From the NCBI GenBank assembly GCA_040285855.1, contig JAUFOQ010000013.1:1116001-1180000 (forward strand): 64,000 nt of DNA, given 5' to 3'. Origin of the DNA: Eukaryota sp. GEM-RC1 (Eukaryota). Below, in pieces: positions 32,301 through 47,300 of the stretch (positions are counted from its first letter, which is position 1; the number at the start of each line of letters is the position of its first letter). The position numbers were made by a program, and so were the translations under genes. Under the pieces are notes generated by a model. It saw only the letters and a list, made by a program, of their open reading frames with translations, searched no databases and was not told the DNA's origin.

Positions 32301-35300
32301 GAGTGAATGTGACTTCTCTGGTTATGGATCTCTTTTAGTTAAAGACTCTCTTATTGTGTCTGATTCGACGTGGGCTTTTACTGGTGTTTCAGTGTTCAAC
32401 AGCTCCAGCGTTCAATTTAAGGATAGTTCCATTTGTAATATCATCGATCTAACTGTGGAGTTGTCCACTGTAATCTTTACTTCCCCTTGCTCTGTCACTA
32501 GATCCTTGTTCATTGAGTCAACTGTAACTGTTCCTGCAGACTCCAGTCTGACTCTCCATGAGTCTACTACTTTTACGGACGCTACCTTCACTGGTCCTGG
32601 TTATGTTATCATTTCTGATGACGTCACTTTCAAGGAGGGTGTTTCTGTTTCAGCCACTAAGATGTTCTTTGTCAACTGTGAAGCCCAATTAATTGCAAAT
32701 GCTGATGTGTCTCTAAGCTCCAATGCGTTTCTTTCTGTAAACTCTTCATCTACCCTTTCTCTTGTCAGTCAGTCACTTAGTTTTACCCAGGCTGATGCAG
32801 CATCAACATTCCACATTGAGGGTGTTTTAAATTCAATCAGAAGTAATGTGACCTTGTCTACGAAGACAACTGGTACAGGATCGTTCAATTTTAGTGATGG
32901 TTCTATTGTTTTCTCAGGTTCAGGTATTTTCAATGGTGATATCTCTCTTGATTCTGCTATTGTATCTGTTGTTTCTCCTTCCACTCATATATTCTTGGGA
33001 ACTCTTATTACCACAAATACTGATTTGATTAGTATCATATCTGGCTCTATTGAAATTGGTGGTTTATTCATTCATGAGAAGCAACTCCTTGTTTCTGGTG
33101 GAACTCTTACCTTATCACAATCCAATAAGTATTTGAACTTTACCAAACTTCATCTTATCAATTCAGCAACTCTACGTGTTTCTATGCCTGTTGTCGTTAC
33201 TGATTTTAGACAGTCTAATTCATCTATTCTAACTGGAGCAAATAGGATCACAATCACTGACGTTTTCAACTTCTACGGTGGTACTATCAACATAAACACT
33301 GTGCACATTCCTTCTTCATCCGAGTTTTACCTAGATTCTGTACATGCACTCAGTATGTCGACTAATGTTTATAACAACGGTACAATTCACCTCAAGCCAG
33401 GCTCAATTAACACATGTTCTAATACTATTATTGATAGTTCTGGTTTAATCTCTACTTTTGGCGATTCCGTGTCTTTCACATTTGTCACTTCCGCTTCCTG
33501 TAAATTAATTAATCGAAATGAGTTCGTTCTATCCAACTCTGCTGCTGTTCAAATGGGTTTTGTATTAGAAAACTTTGCTGATTTTTCTATCGATCAAAGT
33601 TCTATTGATATTCGAGGATCTGGGTTCTCTTTAAGTAACATGACTGGTAATGTTAACTCTTCAATTGTTCATACTGCGGCAGTTTTTACATATTTACCTG
33701 GTTCTGAAACTAATTACTATGGATCTTTCTCTGTAACTGGAGGAACAACTCGTATTTTCTCACTTGTCAATTCTTTGGAAAATCTTTTTATTACTGGTGG
33801 TACTGCTATTTTAAATGTTCCTTCTGAAACTACTGATTTAATCTTCTCCATTCAAGGAGGAATTCTCTCCGTACCTAGAACTATGAACGTTACAAACATT
33901 ACAATTTCTACTGGTACTTTAACTGTAGGAGGAACTCTCTTTTAAATAATCTAATGGTTGAAGGTGGTACTATTTCTGGTGTTGGTTCATCTTTTGTTGA
34001 TCAAGTATATATGACTGGTGCTGCTACTTATTCCCAAATGGAAATGACTGTATTGAACGAGTTCTTGCATACTTTGGGTACAATGACTACGAACACTAAT
34101 TTTGTACTAAATGTGGCGGAAACTGCTGTTTACAATCTCAATGCTGCTTCTTCGCTATCATTGGCAAGAACTTCTACTACAAATAAGGGACAAATTGTTG
34201 TTTTTGGCGTTTTTAATTTCACCAGCTCACCCGATATTACTGTATCTCTAGATTTTATCAATCGTGCAACTACTGACTTCTGGATTGGTAAAACCTCATT
34301 CATTGGAGTTTACCAAAATTACAAGAATTTGACCATTAATCCGTTGGCCTCAGTTATTGCTACTTCTACTCATGCCGTAGGCACCAATTATGGTAGATTT
34401 GTATTTTATGGTGACTTGGAATTCGCCACTTCTTCCTCATTTACGAACATTTGTCCTGGAAAGTTCTTACTTAATCAACCTGGTTCCCTTGTTTTAACTG
34501 GTGGATCATTTGATAATCAGTGTGACGTGTCTTTTGATTGTCCAACTACCCTCACAATCACTTCAGGATCTCTAATCTTCAATGATGACGTTTACATTTG
34601 CAACCTTGTCATGGGTGTAACTGGCCAGGCTGCTGCTACTTCCACTCTCACTAATCAAAAGTCTCTTGTTAGTCACAATATTACAATGTTTTCAGGGACA
34701 ATTACGAGTGTTGAACACGTTGATGTATTAAGGACTTTTACCTGGAATGCTGGTACAATAACAGGATCTGGATACTTCTACGTACACCAGTTCTTTGAAA
34801 TGGTTACTACAGGTACCAAGACATTGACTTCTTCTATTTCCATTGTAAATCTTTTCTCTGGTGAATGGATCGCTGGTCAACTGTCTCCATCTCATACGTC
34901 ACAGATTGTAAACGCCGAGAACGCCACGTTTGTCCAATGGGATACCCTCTGTTCAACTTCTGATACCGCTTCTTTTGTAAATGATGGACTTTTCTTAAAA
35001 CGTGGAACTGGCACTGCTACCAATAGGTGGCAGTTCATTAACTATGGAAACGTTTTTGTAGAACAAGGAACTCTAAAGCTAGCTAGAGACGTTCACAATT
35101 ATGGATACAACTACCTTCATGAAGACACTGTTCTGCTTCTTTTAGATAACACTGCAATTACTTATAATCGTTATTTTTATGAGAATTCCACTGTAGAAGG
35201 TCCTGGTTCTCTCATAGGTCAACGAGGTCATGCTCATTTCAGTGGTTTTCTCAATATTACCGGAGAGTTTAGATCAGGACCAGCCACTAGTGGTAGTTAT

Positions 35301-38300
35301 CCCCCTCACTTTTACTTCTATCCTACAGTTTTGTTTAGTGATTTAATGATTGAACAAACTCACTTAACTATACGATCAAGTGGCCGCTCCACTTGCATCA
35401 ACCTTTGAATCATTCTTTCCTTGATATCCACATTGAGTCTTCTTCCACGGCTATCTTGAACATGCAGAACTCGTCTATCATTCTTTCGTATCTCTTTGTC
35501 CATGGAAATATCAGAGCCACTACCGCGTATGCACCAAAACCAGACGGTGTTTTCACTGTTACTGGTTTGTTTGAAGTTGGATCTAACTGTGATATCAGAG
35601 ATGATATTCATTTAATTCTTTTGAACCAAACAGTCATCCAACCAGGAGGAACTATCGAAATCCATTACGGACCAATTGTTGAAAATTATGGTACTTTTAA
35701 TTTTGAATCAAATCGAATATACTCTCTGAGAACTACCTATATTAATAGAGGTGACTGGATAATGAATGGAGCAGGTATTTCTTTGGATCCTTTAACTCAT
35801 TCAACCCTTGGATCTCATTTCTACAATTACGGCAATCTTTACGGTCGCTCCAGTACTACAGCTGTACTTGATGTATTTGCTCACAATCATGGTAATGTTT
35901 ATGTTGAGACTGGCTTGTTACAGTTTGGATTTACTCTTGCTAGTACTGACTTTTCCTATTCAACTGGTGTCTATCATGTCGAAACTGATGCCACACTGGA
36001 ACTTTCAACCACTTTTTACGAAGAAAGTTGTATCATTGAAGGTGATGGTAACATTGTTTTCGTCCAATACTATCCTTCTCTTTTCTATGGATTCTACAAC
36101 ATTACTGGATCAACTAGGATTCGTGGATCTCACTCTGGTGGTCACATTGAATTCATGGGTCATTATCCTCAATCTACTCTTGCCACTTATCCTGATGTTC
36201 CTATTCATAACACGACTGCTCGTGTTGTCACTCTTGGTCAACTTTTACATGTTACTACAGCAAGACTTAACCTCTCCACACATGAGATTCATATTCCTGA
36301 GATTTTAGTTGATGGAACTAATGGAAGATTTGCTCATGTCCGACAAGTTACTTCTGATCAAGTGACAATGACTGCCAATGGTAATCTTGAAGGTCTTGAT
36401 GGTACTTTGGTCATTTTTGATTCTTTTACCGCTTCTACTGGTAATATTGTTGATCTTCATGTCATTTTAGCTGTGAATTGTACTGGCACTTTAACAAACT
36501 CTCGTTTTGATCTTTATCGATCTCAGTTTGAGGTACAGGGTTATATGGATATGAGAACAAATAATATCTATTTCCACCAAGATTCACAATTTTTAATTTC
36601 TTCTACAGGAACTTTTAAGTCTGGTCAATCTTCAGGAGTCACAACATATCATCCTCATTCCACTCACCATCACTATCCTGGTTTTGTTGTTTATGGAACC
36701 TACGTTCACGAGCGTACTCAAGCCGTTCATCGTTATGTTGTAATGGTTCTTCATCCAGGAGCTTTTTATCACTCTATTGCAGGTTCTGGTAATGATATTT
36801 GGTATCACCGAACATTTGATTATGGAGCAGACATTCTTCTAGATAGTCTGCTTTGGAATAGATGTGGCCAGAATACAGTTGCTGATGAGTTCCATAAGTA
36901 TGGTGGTAATCTAAATATATCTAGTACTGGTGAATTGGTTTGTCGAATCACCGTGTCTCATATTTACGCCAATGTCTATGTAGAAGAAGGTGGTCAGATC
37001 AATACTTTTGATTCTCCATCACGAACTTATATTCACCAATTAGACCCTGTCAATGGAAATCTTGGTCTAGTTCGTTATTGTAATCAGCTTTACCTTTACG
37101 GTGGCGGTTACGCCCATGCTTTAGTTTCTGCTGGTCGTCCTGGAACTGGCTGTAATACAGCAGCTTATCATCTTGGTGGTGATCCCAGAGGTCTAGTTGT
37201 CCTGGGTGGTATGACGTGGCACCGTAGATCTATTACCTTTGATTCAGTTGATTCATCCATTATTGTGAATGGTCACTTGCAAATTCAAGGCACAGAAGCT
37301 AATCAGGTTCTTACACTGAATAGAGGAAAACTAATTGTTAATGGTACTGGTCAGTATCTTCGTAATGAAGCACTACGAATTAATCATGAAGGCTCTCTTG
37401 AAATCAGTCCTGTTGGAGAGTTTGTATCTACAGGAACAACTGGAAATAATTTCATTTACTCATCCTCGACCGTAGTCGGAACAATTGTTAATTTTGGAAC
37501 TTATTTTGATTCTTTCTCCTCAAACATACATACTTACAGCGTTGATATTCACAATTATGGAACTTTCGTCCGTGATGGAGTTTCCTCATATTCTCGGATT
37601 ATGCCTGGTAACTTCACTAATTATCCCACTGGAACTCTAGTGGTCCGAGGGAATCTTTACTTTTACACTGCAACTTCCTTCCACGGTCAGCTTTTATTAG
37701 AAAATGGGCAACTTCGACTTTATGGCTCTCCCCACATTTTTCACTGGGATTCTGAAATTTCAGCAACTGACGGGCATCTAGCTTGTTACAATAGTGATTC
37801 TTGGTTCTACGGAGTTTTGAATCAAACTTTTGGTGGTACTGGAATACGATTAGTCCATTCAAGTTCTGTAGTTTATTGGAGAGCACATCAATCAATCCTT
37901 GGGACTGGAACTGTGCTTGTATCTACTGGTACTGTCTATGTTAACACCACCATGATTGGCATTCCTCATTTTGATGTATCTGGTGGAACTGTCGAGTACC
38001 TTATTTCAGAACCCATTATTCGATTAGGAACTCTTACTAGTGGTTTAATTACTGCAGGGTCCTCAGTGTTTATTTCTGGTTACTTCAGGATTAATCAAGG
38101 AACCTTCTATTCATTTGAAAACATTTATGTTATGGACGGAGCCACTCTTGATGTCGACTCTGTAAACTCTTGCACCCTAAGTGAAGTAACAGTAATTAAT
38201 GATGGTAGAGTTTTGTACACTTCCGGTTCTTTCTTACCTTCTCACTCTCTCGTTGTGAATCATAACCTATTGGAAACTGTCGCTTCTATACGGTCATTCT

Positions 38301-41300
38301 CTGTCCCTATTAATAACTTTGGAGTTATCAATCAATCTGATCCCATGTCTGTGACTGATCTAAGTGGCAGAGTTACTAATTACAATCTTCTGAACTCTGC
38401 ATTTGGTATTCTTAAACTGACTGGTGGACTCACCAATTTTGGTACCATTAACGTTGCTGAAACAGGAACTCTTGATTTTGCTGATGGAATGAGCTCATTC
38501 TTCGATGGAACACTTCTTTCAGGTAATGGTGATGTCGTTTTTACTGGTGGTTACATTGATGTACTTTCTCCCCCCTTCTGATATGGATCTTGATACACTT
38601 TCAGTAGCTGGTGCTACTATTGATTTCCATTGTTCTCACTTCACTTTCCTCGATATACTTATAACTGATGGTATCATCAGAGTTTCCAACAAAATGTCTG
38701 TATCCAACGACTTAATTCTATCTGGTGGTTTACTCTCTGATGTTGGTGTTATTGATACCCGTTTCCTCTCAGTAATTGACCCTGCAGATAAGGCAATGTC
38801 TCTGACCACTGTCAAAGTTCTTGAACGTGCTAGTTTTGAAGAAGGCATTCTACTTTCAAGAGATGGTGCTTCTTTTATAGTTACTGAAAATGCTACCTAT
38901 GTGTTTGACAACCCTAATGATGTTGCTATTCTTGATGATGGAGGTGTTAGATCTGAATTCATCAACTATGGTGTTGTAGAAAAAACTAATTACGATTCGG
39001 TTGTTAATATTGACACATTTTTGGAAAACTATGGTCTTGTTAGTTCTGCTGGTGGTGATCTTCAATTCACAGGAGGTTCTGATCACTATGGTGTTTTTTC
39101 TACTGAAATTGATGGTAAAATCTCTCTTCGTGATGGTATTCATAACCTCTTTCTTGAATCCTACATTATTGGTTCTGGTATCTTGGAAATTTCTGGATCT
39201 GCTGAATCACTGTCCAGGTCTAATGTCTTTCTTAATGACAATGCAAAAGTATTACAAACAGGTGGTGATTCTGTATGGGACACTGGTCTAAACGTCACCA
39301 ATGATTATTCAATATTCCAATTGGATGACGGTATCATGACTTTCTTTGGAAGTACTGGAGAAATGTCTGTTTCACAGTTCATAATTAATGGAGGTAAGCT
39401 CTTTGTACCTGCTGAGTTGACAATTAGACGAGGAATTCATCAAACAGATGGTCTGTTTTCTACTTCTGGTGTTTCGACTGTTTACTTTACCTATCAAATT
39501 GATGGTGGAGAACAATCAGGAAGTGGTAGGACTTATGTTGAGGATAGTTTCCTTTGGAATGAAGGTTTACTCTCTGGACTTGGAACAACAATTTTCAATA
39601 ACTATGCTGAGTGGGCAACCGCTGGCAGGAAACATATTGATGAAAGATTTGTTGAAAATTACGGTACTATTGACTGGTTCGATGGTCACTTGTATGGTTC
39701 TAGAGGTACCATGTTTCTGAATATGGAAAACGCTACAATTAACGCTGGAAATGTTGATTGGCTTAGAACTGAAGGATCTGCTTTATTAAGAAACTTTGGT
39801 AATATTACCAAACTCGATATGGTTTTTGTTAATGACGACGGCTACTGTAGTTCTCCCCGTCTTCATGGAATTCCAAATGATTGGTCTGATTCTACAAACT
39901 TTATCTCTACTGATGATTCAACCCTTGAAATTAATGATGGAATCTTCACTGTAATGGGAATTAGAGATACTCGTTTTGAAAATGGTCTTTCTTTTGCTGC
40001 TCATGTACGAGTACATACTACTGCTCCTGGATGGGGAACATCCACTGGCTACATTTATCAGGGCAAAATATCTTACTCAGAATATGTCGAATTAGAGTTT
40101 AGACAACGCTATGTCTGGTTGGCTTCAAATACCCATCGTTACGATGAACGTCTTACTTTACGTGTTTCCACAACTGAAGGAAACAGTGCTCGTACTTATA
40201 CCTTTTCTGGTGTTGCTGCTAATACTTTCCGTCATTACACTGTTGTTCGACAAGAGAGCGATTTCCATTTCTATCGTGAAGGGCAGCCTCAGACTTCCAT
40301 ATCATTAGGAGGAACATTCCCCAGAACTGAGAACAACACTTTCTTGTTTGGTGACTATTCTGCTGATTTTGAAATTGATAATATTCGAGTCTATGAGCGC
40401 GCTCTATCTGAGGGTGAAGCAAATAATCTTAGATCATTCGAATCTCCCGGTGCTGATTTGATGTCTAGCAGCGTTGTTTCACACGGTCTCGTTGGTTTCT
40501 ATACTTTTAATGACCCGCAAGATCTCTTCTTTGCTCTTGCTGATTGTGAAACCATTTCCCCTGAAGGAAGTGTTAATTGGAGGTATGCCAGAAAAAGAAT
40601 CGAATGGATTGTCGAAAATAGAGCTACAATTAGAGCTGAAAACGGTTCTGTTGAGTTCCTTGGTGGTGGTTTCTCCGATGGACGTCTGTCGGCCTTAGAG
40701 ACTGGTACTTTCATCTTTGGAAGAGAACGTGTTACTTTAGCCGGTGTTATTGATACTGCTCGCGCCATTGTCATTGACTCTGGTGATCACGAAATTAGAA
40801 CTGATATGAATGTATTGATTCTTCAAACAGGTGGTACTCTTACTTTGACTCCTCCAGCTGAGTGTCCTCCTGAAGGTGAATATGACTTGACAGCTCCCAG
40901 AATCATTCTCGATGGTGGTGAACTTCGTGTACCTAGGCCATTGGATCCCAAAAAGAATTGTTATTTCTTGAAGGAACTTATTTTTAAATCTGGCTTGTTG
41001 ACTGTTCAAGGTGACTTGACAATTCTTGACAAGTTTCATCAGGATGCTGGACTCGCTGTTGTCGACGGTGCTCTTACTGCTAGGACTGAATACGTTAAAA
41101 ACGGAGGAATTCTAGAAGGTGTCGGTGTTTTAACTTCAACTCATAATTTTGATTGGAATGGAGGAATTCTTCGTGGTTCTGGAGGTTCTATTGTCTTTTA
41201 CAAAAATGTCACTATTTCTACAAATCACACTAAGACTTTATCTCATAGAAGTGTTCTATTACAACCAGGAACTATTCTTGATTGGCAAGATGGTATGTGG

Positions 41301-44300
41301 AATCTCTATGGTGGTCCAGTTTTTGACAACTATGGAACCATTATGTTCAACAGAGACAATCTCACTCTTGAAAATGAAAACCCTCTGGAACCACCTCCTG
41401 TGCTCAAGAATTATCATCACATTATCATCAATTCTAATGAAGCTTTCATTTACCTCTATATTGATAATTCCGCTGATGCTGAAATTCATCTACTCCGTGG
41501 TAAAAATTATATGATGAATGGTGGTACTCTTCGAGGATATCTTTACACTTATGCCAATGCATCTCTCATCTTCCCTGCTTTAGGAGGAGAAGGACAAAAC
41601 GCAAGAGTTTACTTTACTGAAAATAGTTGGCTTGTTGGTCAAGGTGAAGTATTGTTTGACGGTTCAGACATTGATGCCCGAGGTATCTTTAATATGACTG
41701 GTGATGATGCTAGGATTATTGCTAGAGGTGGTACTGTTTGGTTTAGAGACTCTGCCAAGATCGCATCTACTGCTCCTTTCATTATTGATGGTGCTTTTGT
41801 AGACTTTTCTGGTGCTAATCATGAAGTTACCAATGTAATTGTACTTAACGGTACACTCTATACAGATGCTGCTTTGACTGTCTCCCTGAATCTCGAAGTG
41901 TATAATGGTTTAGTGTCTCTTGATGGTGCTGGTGATTTAACCATCACTGAAGGACAATTCATTTTCAAAGGAGGTGAGATTGGTGGTATGAACGACATTG
42001 TTGTGTTAGAAGATGTTTATTCTGTCTGGTCTTGCTTAACTCCTACTAAAGGTGGTAACTTTATTGGATATGGTAGTAACACCTTTATGGGTACTTTGAA
42101 TATCGAAGGAGCTTGTCCTAAGACATGGACTCGACGTACCTTTTTCCTTCATGGAGAAACCTTTTGGTCCGGTGGTTATATTGAAGCTACTGAAGCTGGT
42201 ACACTGTCTGTTGAACAAACTGGTTCTCTTCATTCCTTAGACGTAAATTCAATCTCTATGGACGGAAACTTTAATAACAAAGGAAAAGTACTTGCTTATG
42301 ACTCTCTTAATGTTACTTCTCGATTGGTTGCTTCTGTTGGATCTCGATTTGAAGCCTTTAACGGTACTTCAAGATTCTTTGCTGGAGGTATGCTTCCAGG
42401 AACTATTTTCTTGGATCACAACACTGAACTTATCTTTATGGCTCTTGCTTTCCATATGGATCATACTGCAAGGTTTATTGGTAATGGAACCATTATCTTT
42501 GTCAATGCAATGTCTACCTTTTTAGGAATTGTTGAGGACATGGAGGTCATCATCTTGGGAGGAACTACTCAATTCAGGGCTCCTGCCAAGATTAACAACT
42601 GCAGATCTCAATTACTTGTGCTTGCTGGTACTGTATCTTTTGCTAGATCTGAAACTCATAACAAAATTGAAGTTTGTGTCTTTAACATTTATGGCGGAAC
42701 ACTTACTCACACGTTTGCTCTTGAATTAACTGTGTTTGATTTGTTTAGTATTTACGGAGGATCTTATGATATTTCGGGTTCTATGGTGTCTGGTGCTGAT
42801 GGTGTTTTCCTCTTTATTGGAGGTCAAATTCTTGGTTTCGGTTCAACTTTTGTTTCCGGATATTCTCAGTGGAATTGTACTATTTTCAGAGGTCAAGACA
42901 GTGCCGGTCAATCAGTATTCGACTGTCACGTCGACATTGCCGATTATTGCACCAAACAAGTTTTTGATCAACGAAGGCTTATATTTTTGCGCACATCTTC
43001 CTGGTCCCATGGATATATCCATTTAACTAACCGTGCTGTAATGGATTGTCGAGGTAGGTTTAGTGTCAACCAAGCTAATATTGTTAAAGATACACGTCCT
43101 CAACCGGATCATCGATCTCAATTAATTGTCAGAGCAGACTTAGATGTAATGTTTGATTTAGAAGTCGCTGCTTATTTCGTCAATATGAATAGAACTGCTA
43201 TTTTCGAGAATACCACTCTACTTCTAATTGGAGGTGGAAACTTTGAAGGTGACGTGTTTGGACAAGTTAATTCTTGGGCTGATTTCCAACAAGGAGAGTT
43301 TCTTGTAGCTCCAGGCAGTGAGTTTACTGGTGACGTTAATGTACGTTTATCTGGTACTGCCATTACGACTATGCGAGGTATTGTAAGTACTCACGGATCG
43401 ATCTTTATTGAGTCTGGTGTGTTGAATCTCCACTTCCAAACTGAATGGGCTCCCCATGTTGTTTTATACATTTATGATGGATTGGTTCAAGCAAGAAGAG
43501 AGATCTTTACGACACCTCTTGTGACTGTTTCTTCGATTGTTGCTACTGGTGGTGAATTGTTTGTCACTGATGACGCCAACTTTAAACTCACTGGATTTTT
43601 AAATATTTCTGATAATGGATTCCTCAAAGGTGGTGAATTTTCCATCTTCAACATTTCTGTTTTCAACTTCCATTCTGGATTGGTTGATGGTTTCAGAGAT
43701 ACGGTTTATGTCGATCATTTGTGGAATTGGTGGGATGGTGTTCTTCGAGGTCAGGACTGTGTTATTTCTCCTATTCAGGAATTTTATATTTCAGCTCCTA
43801 ATAACAAAATCCTTCAACAACGATTCATCAATGTCAGAGGCCAAGCTCTTTGGACTGAAGGTTCCCTAATTATGACTCAAAATGCTAGATTTATTACTAA
43901 CCATGGCGGAACAACAATTATTGACTTTGCCGATCCATATGTAATTCAAGCCAATTCTAATAATGAACTTTTCATTAATGAAGGTCTTTTCCGTTTCTTA
44001 AATAGCTCTGCGCTTTTGACATTCAATGCTGGAACTAGGTTCTTCGGAAAATCAATAGTTGAAGGCTCAGAAGTACGTTTCATAACTCGTATTCATCATT
44101 TCAATAGAGCATTTGAAGTTTTGTTTGGTGGTTTTGTCAATATTATTGGAAATACCGTCACATTCCATGATTTATCCGTCTTGACACTCTCTGGTGATTT
44201 CACTATTAATTCTGGAACAGTTACAATGAGAGGTCTTGTGAAATCTAATTCCACTGGTTTCTTCTCAATTAATGATGGAACAGTTACTCTCACATCTACT

Positions 44301-47300
44301 CTTTTCTTTGACAGTGATTTCTTTGCTCCTGCTGCCATTCATGGTGGATCTGTTACAGTAGCACTTTTCTTCAACACCATCATTTAGACATGGTCTAATG
44401 GATGGTGGATCACTATTGGTAAATGGTATTTTGTATGTTGTTGACCGTTTTGTATTAGATGGCACTGCCCAAGTATCTGGATCTAGTTCCATTGTCCCCA
44501 AGTCTAACTCTACCTTTGAATGGATTGGTGGAGATTTCGTGTCTGGAACTGGTGTTGTTAATTGTGAAGGATTGTTATTGATCGACATTCCTGTTTCTAG
44601 AACTACCACTTGGACAATGAATATTATAGGTGCGGCCAAATATGTTAGTGGAACTGTAATGTTTTACAATGACGCATTTTGGAATATTGAGTTTACTGGT
44701 TTTACCAACATTTCTTGTACTGATTGTTCTTTAATGCATACAACCAGACGTGTTATTGGAAGCAGTGGAACATTACATATTGATGGTTCAGTCAATTTTG
44801 AATTGTACGGTTATGATTTGCGAGAATATTCCAATTCTACAGTAATTACGTCTTATGTTAAGGTAATATTCTCCTCACTTTTGAATGGAAATCTCTTTGT
44901 TAATGGATCTTCGAATCTTGTGTATCCCATAACCACTCATACTTATGATGTCGGCTCTCACATTTTTGTATCTTCTGAAACTACAGGTATCACATTTGAC
45001 TCATCTACTCTACATCATTACGGCTTTATTCATTCTGTATTTGATCAAAATGTCTTATTTTCCGATTCTACCCTTCATCTTTGGCACAATTCTTTTGCGG
45101 AGCTGGAGAAACCTCTTACTGTAGTTGATAGTGTGGTTCATGTATCTGGTGCTAATGGTCCTGCTACTGTGGATAGATTTGCTTCCATTGATTCTGTCAT
45201 CAATATTGACTCTAGGTTTAATGTCACTCATAATCTTTCATCTTCTTCATCAACATATGACATATCATCTGAAAGTTTCCTTATTCTTCCTTCAACTTGT
45301 CAATCCTTGTGGGATGATTCTCTTATTACTGGAGCTGGATCTGTTGACAATTATGGACATTTTGTCACATTTACATTGGATCTAGATTCAACTCTAGTCA
45401 CTTCAACTCCTATTGTGGTCCCGCAAGATACAATATTATTGGTCTCAAATAGAGCAACTGTTATGAACACTGCACCTGAAGCTGCCATGGTTATCGATAA
45501 TGGTTTAGTTAATACCTATGAACATTCAGGTGATACTGATTCCTATATCTATCGACTCAATATGACGTCTACTCGTGATAGTCTATTCCAAGCTCACACT
45601 GACACTACAGTTTGTCAACTAAACTTTGCTAATGGTACGATCCAAATTGGTAGTAGTGCCGCACTCCTCATTGATTGTTATGGCGCACTAATTTCAGGTC
45701 TTATTGAAGGTCCTGGTCCTTTACGTGGTACTCTCGGCCTTGACTTAGAAGATGACTCTCGTCTCTCTCTTGATACTGGTATTGAAATTACAGCTGAGTC
45801 TCTCATGACTTATGAAAAGGGTGTACTCGAAATATTACCGAACTTCAGACTCATTAACCCTGAATCTCCTATTGTTGTTGATGATGGCGCTGTAATGGAA
45901 CTTTCTGTATGTGACGACACATACACGTCAACTAGTTGGATCTGGATTCAAAACGGAACAGTTATTAATAATTGTCCTATTCATCTTGGTAGAATGACTA
46001 TTGCTACTAATGAGGCACGCTTCATTGATAGAGGTGCTGCACGAATTGATATTTTCGAGGCTGTTGATGGGTTTGTAGAAGTAAAGCAATCTACTGTTGT
46101 CACTTTTAGTGCTACATGTATTAATTCCACTATTAACTCCTATGATTCTTTCTTCCTTACTTCTCATGTAGATTTCATGGTTTCTGGTAATTGTCACATG
46201 AATTTCGGTATTTCAGCTCCTTCTGTAACTACAAACACTGCTGAAGCACTGGCCACCTTTGGTCCCGATTTTCTTATTGTCAGTAATACTCCAGTATATG
46301 TTCCTATTGGAACTGCTCTGGTTGATTTCCAGAATGCCCCTTCTGTTTCATTTGTCGATTTTACTGTCAACCATGAGGGTCATTTCTTGCTCAATGAAAA
46401 TGTTACTGTAAATACTGCATCATTGTCGATTCTGCACAATGAAAATGTTGTTGTCGAACGAGATTCAACCCTCTTTTCTACTGTCGTGACTGTGCTTAAC
46501 TCCACCGTAACCAATGATGGTGTGATCTCCGCTATTACAACTACTCTTAATGATGCACATTTCATCGAACATGGACATGTGATCTTGGATTCTGTTCAAA
46601 TGTCAAACTTCATTTCTTTCTCCACTCATAACGTTTCCATAACATCACAGACACAATTGGATTCAGATGTTACCTTACACATGTATTCGTCTAACTTAGT
46701 TGTTGAGGCTTCTGCAGTTATGCATACCAACGATGATGTCAGTATTGTTACTGATTCAGATCGTCCAATCCAATTGATGGGTGAGCTACGTCACTCAACT
46801 TCTGGTCAAACCGTTATCAACTACATTGACAACTATGGTTTAATTTCTCTCCTAAATGGTCAGTTAACTCTTTTTAACTCTGTTCACTTTGATCAGTCTC
46901 TTACTTCAACCAGTTCTAACACTTTACTTGAACTTACTTCTCTTAACCATCACTTCCTCAATTCTTCCACAGAATGTGCTAGCATGCACGGGTCATTGTT
47001 CGCTGATGTTCCTCTTACAATTAATTGTCTGTTCAGAATACATTCAAATGCAGTCAATGAGATTGTTGTTGCCAATACTTCACTTGTTTTACTTGAAGAG
47101 GGTTCTATTATAAATCCTTCGAGTATCTTGCAATTGGCTAATTCATCTCTTACTAGTCATTCAATGGCTTCCATGACTGTTACCATGATTGACGTTATGC
47201 ATTTGTCTCATGTTCATGGAACCACACACGTGTTTTCTTCAACACTTGTCCTTAGTGGCGGTGTTGTATCAGATTCCGATGTTACAATTGATAATAATAT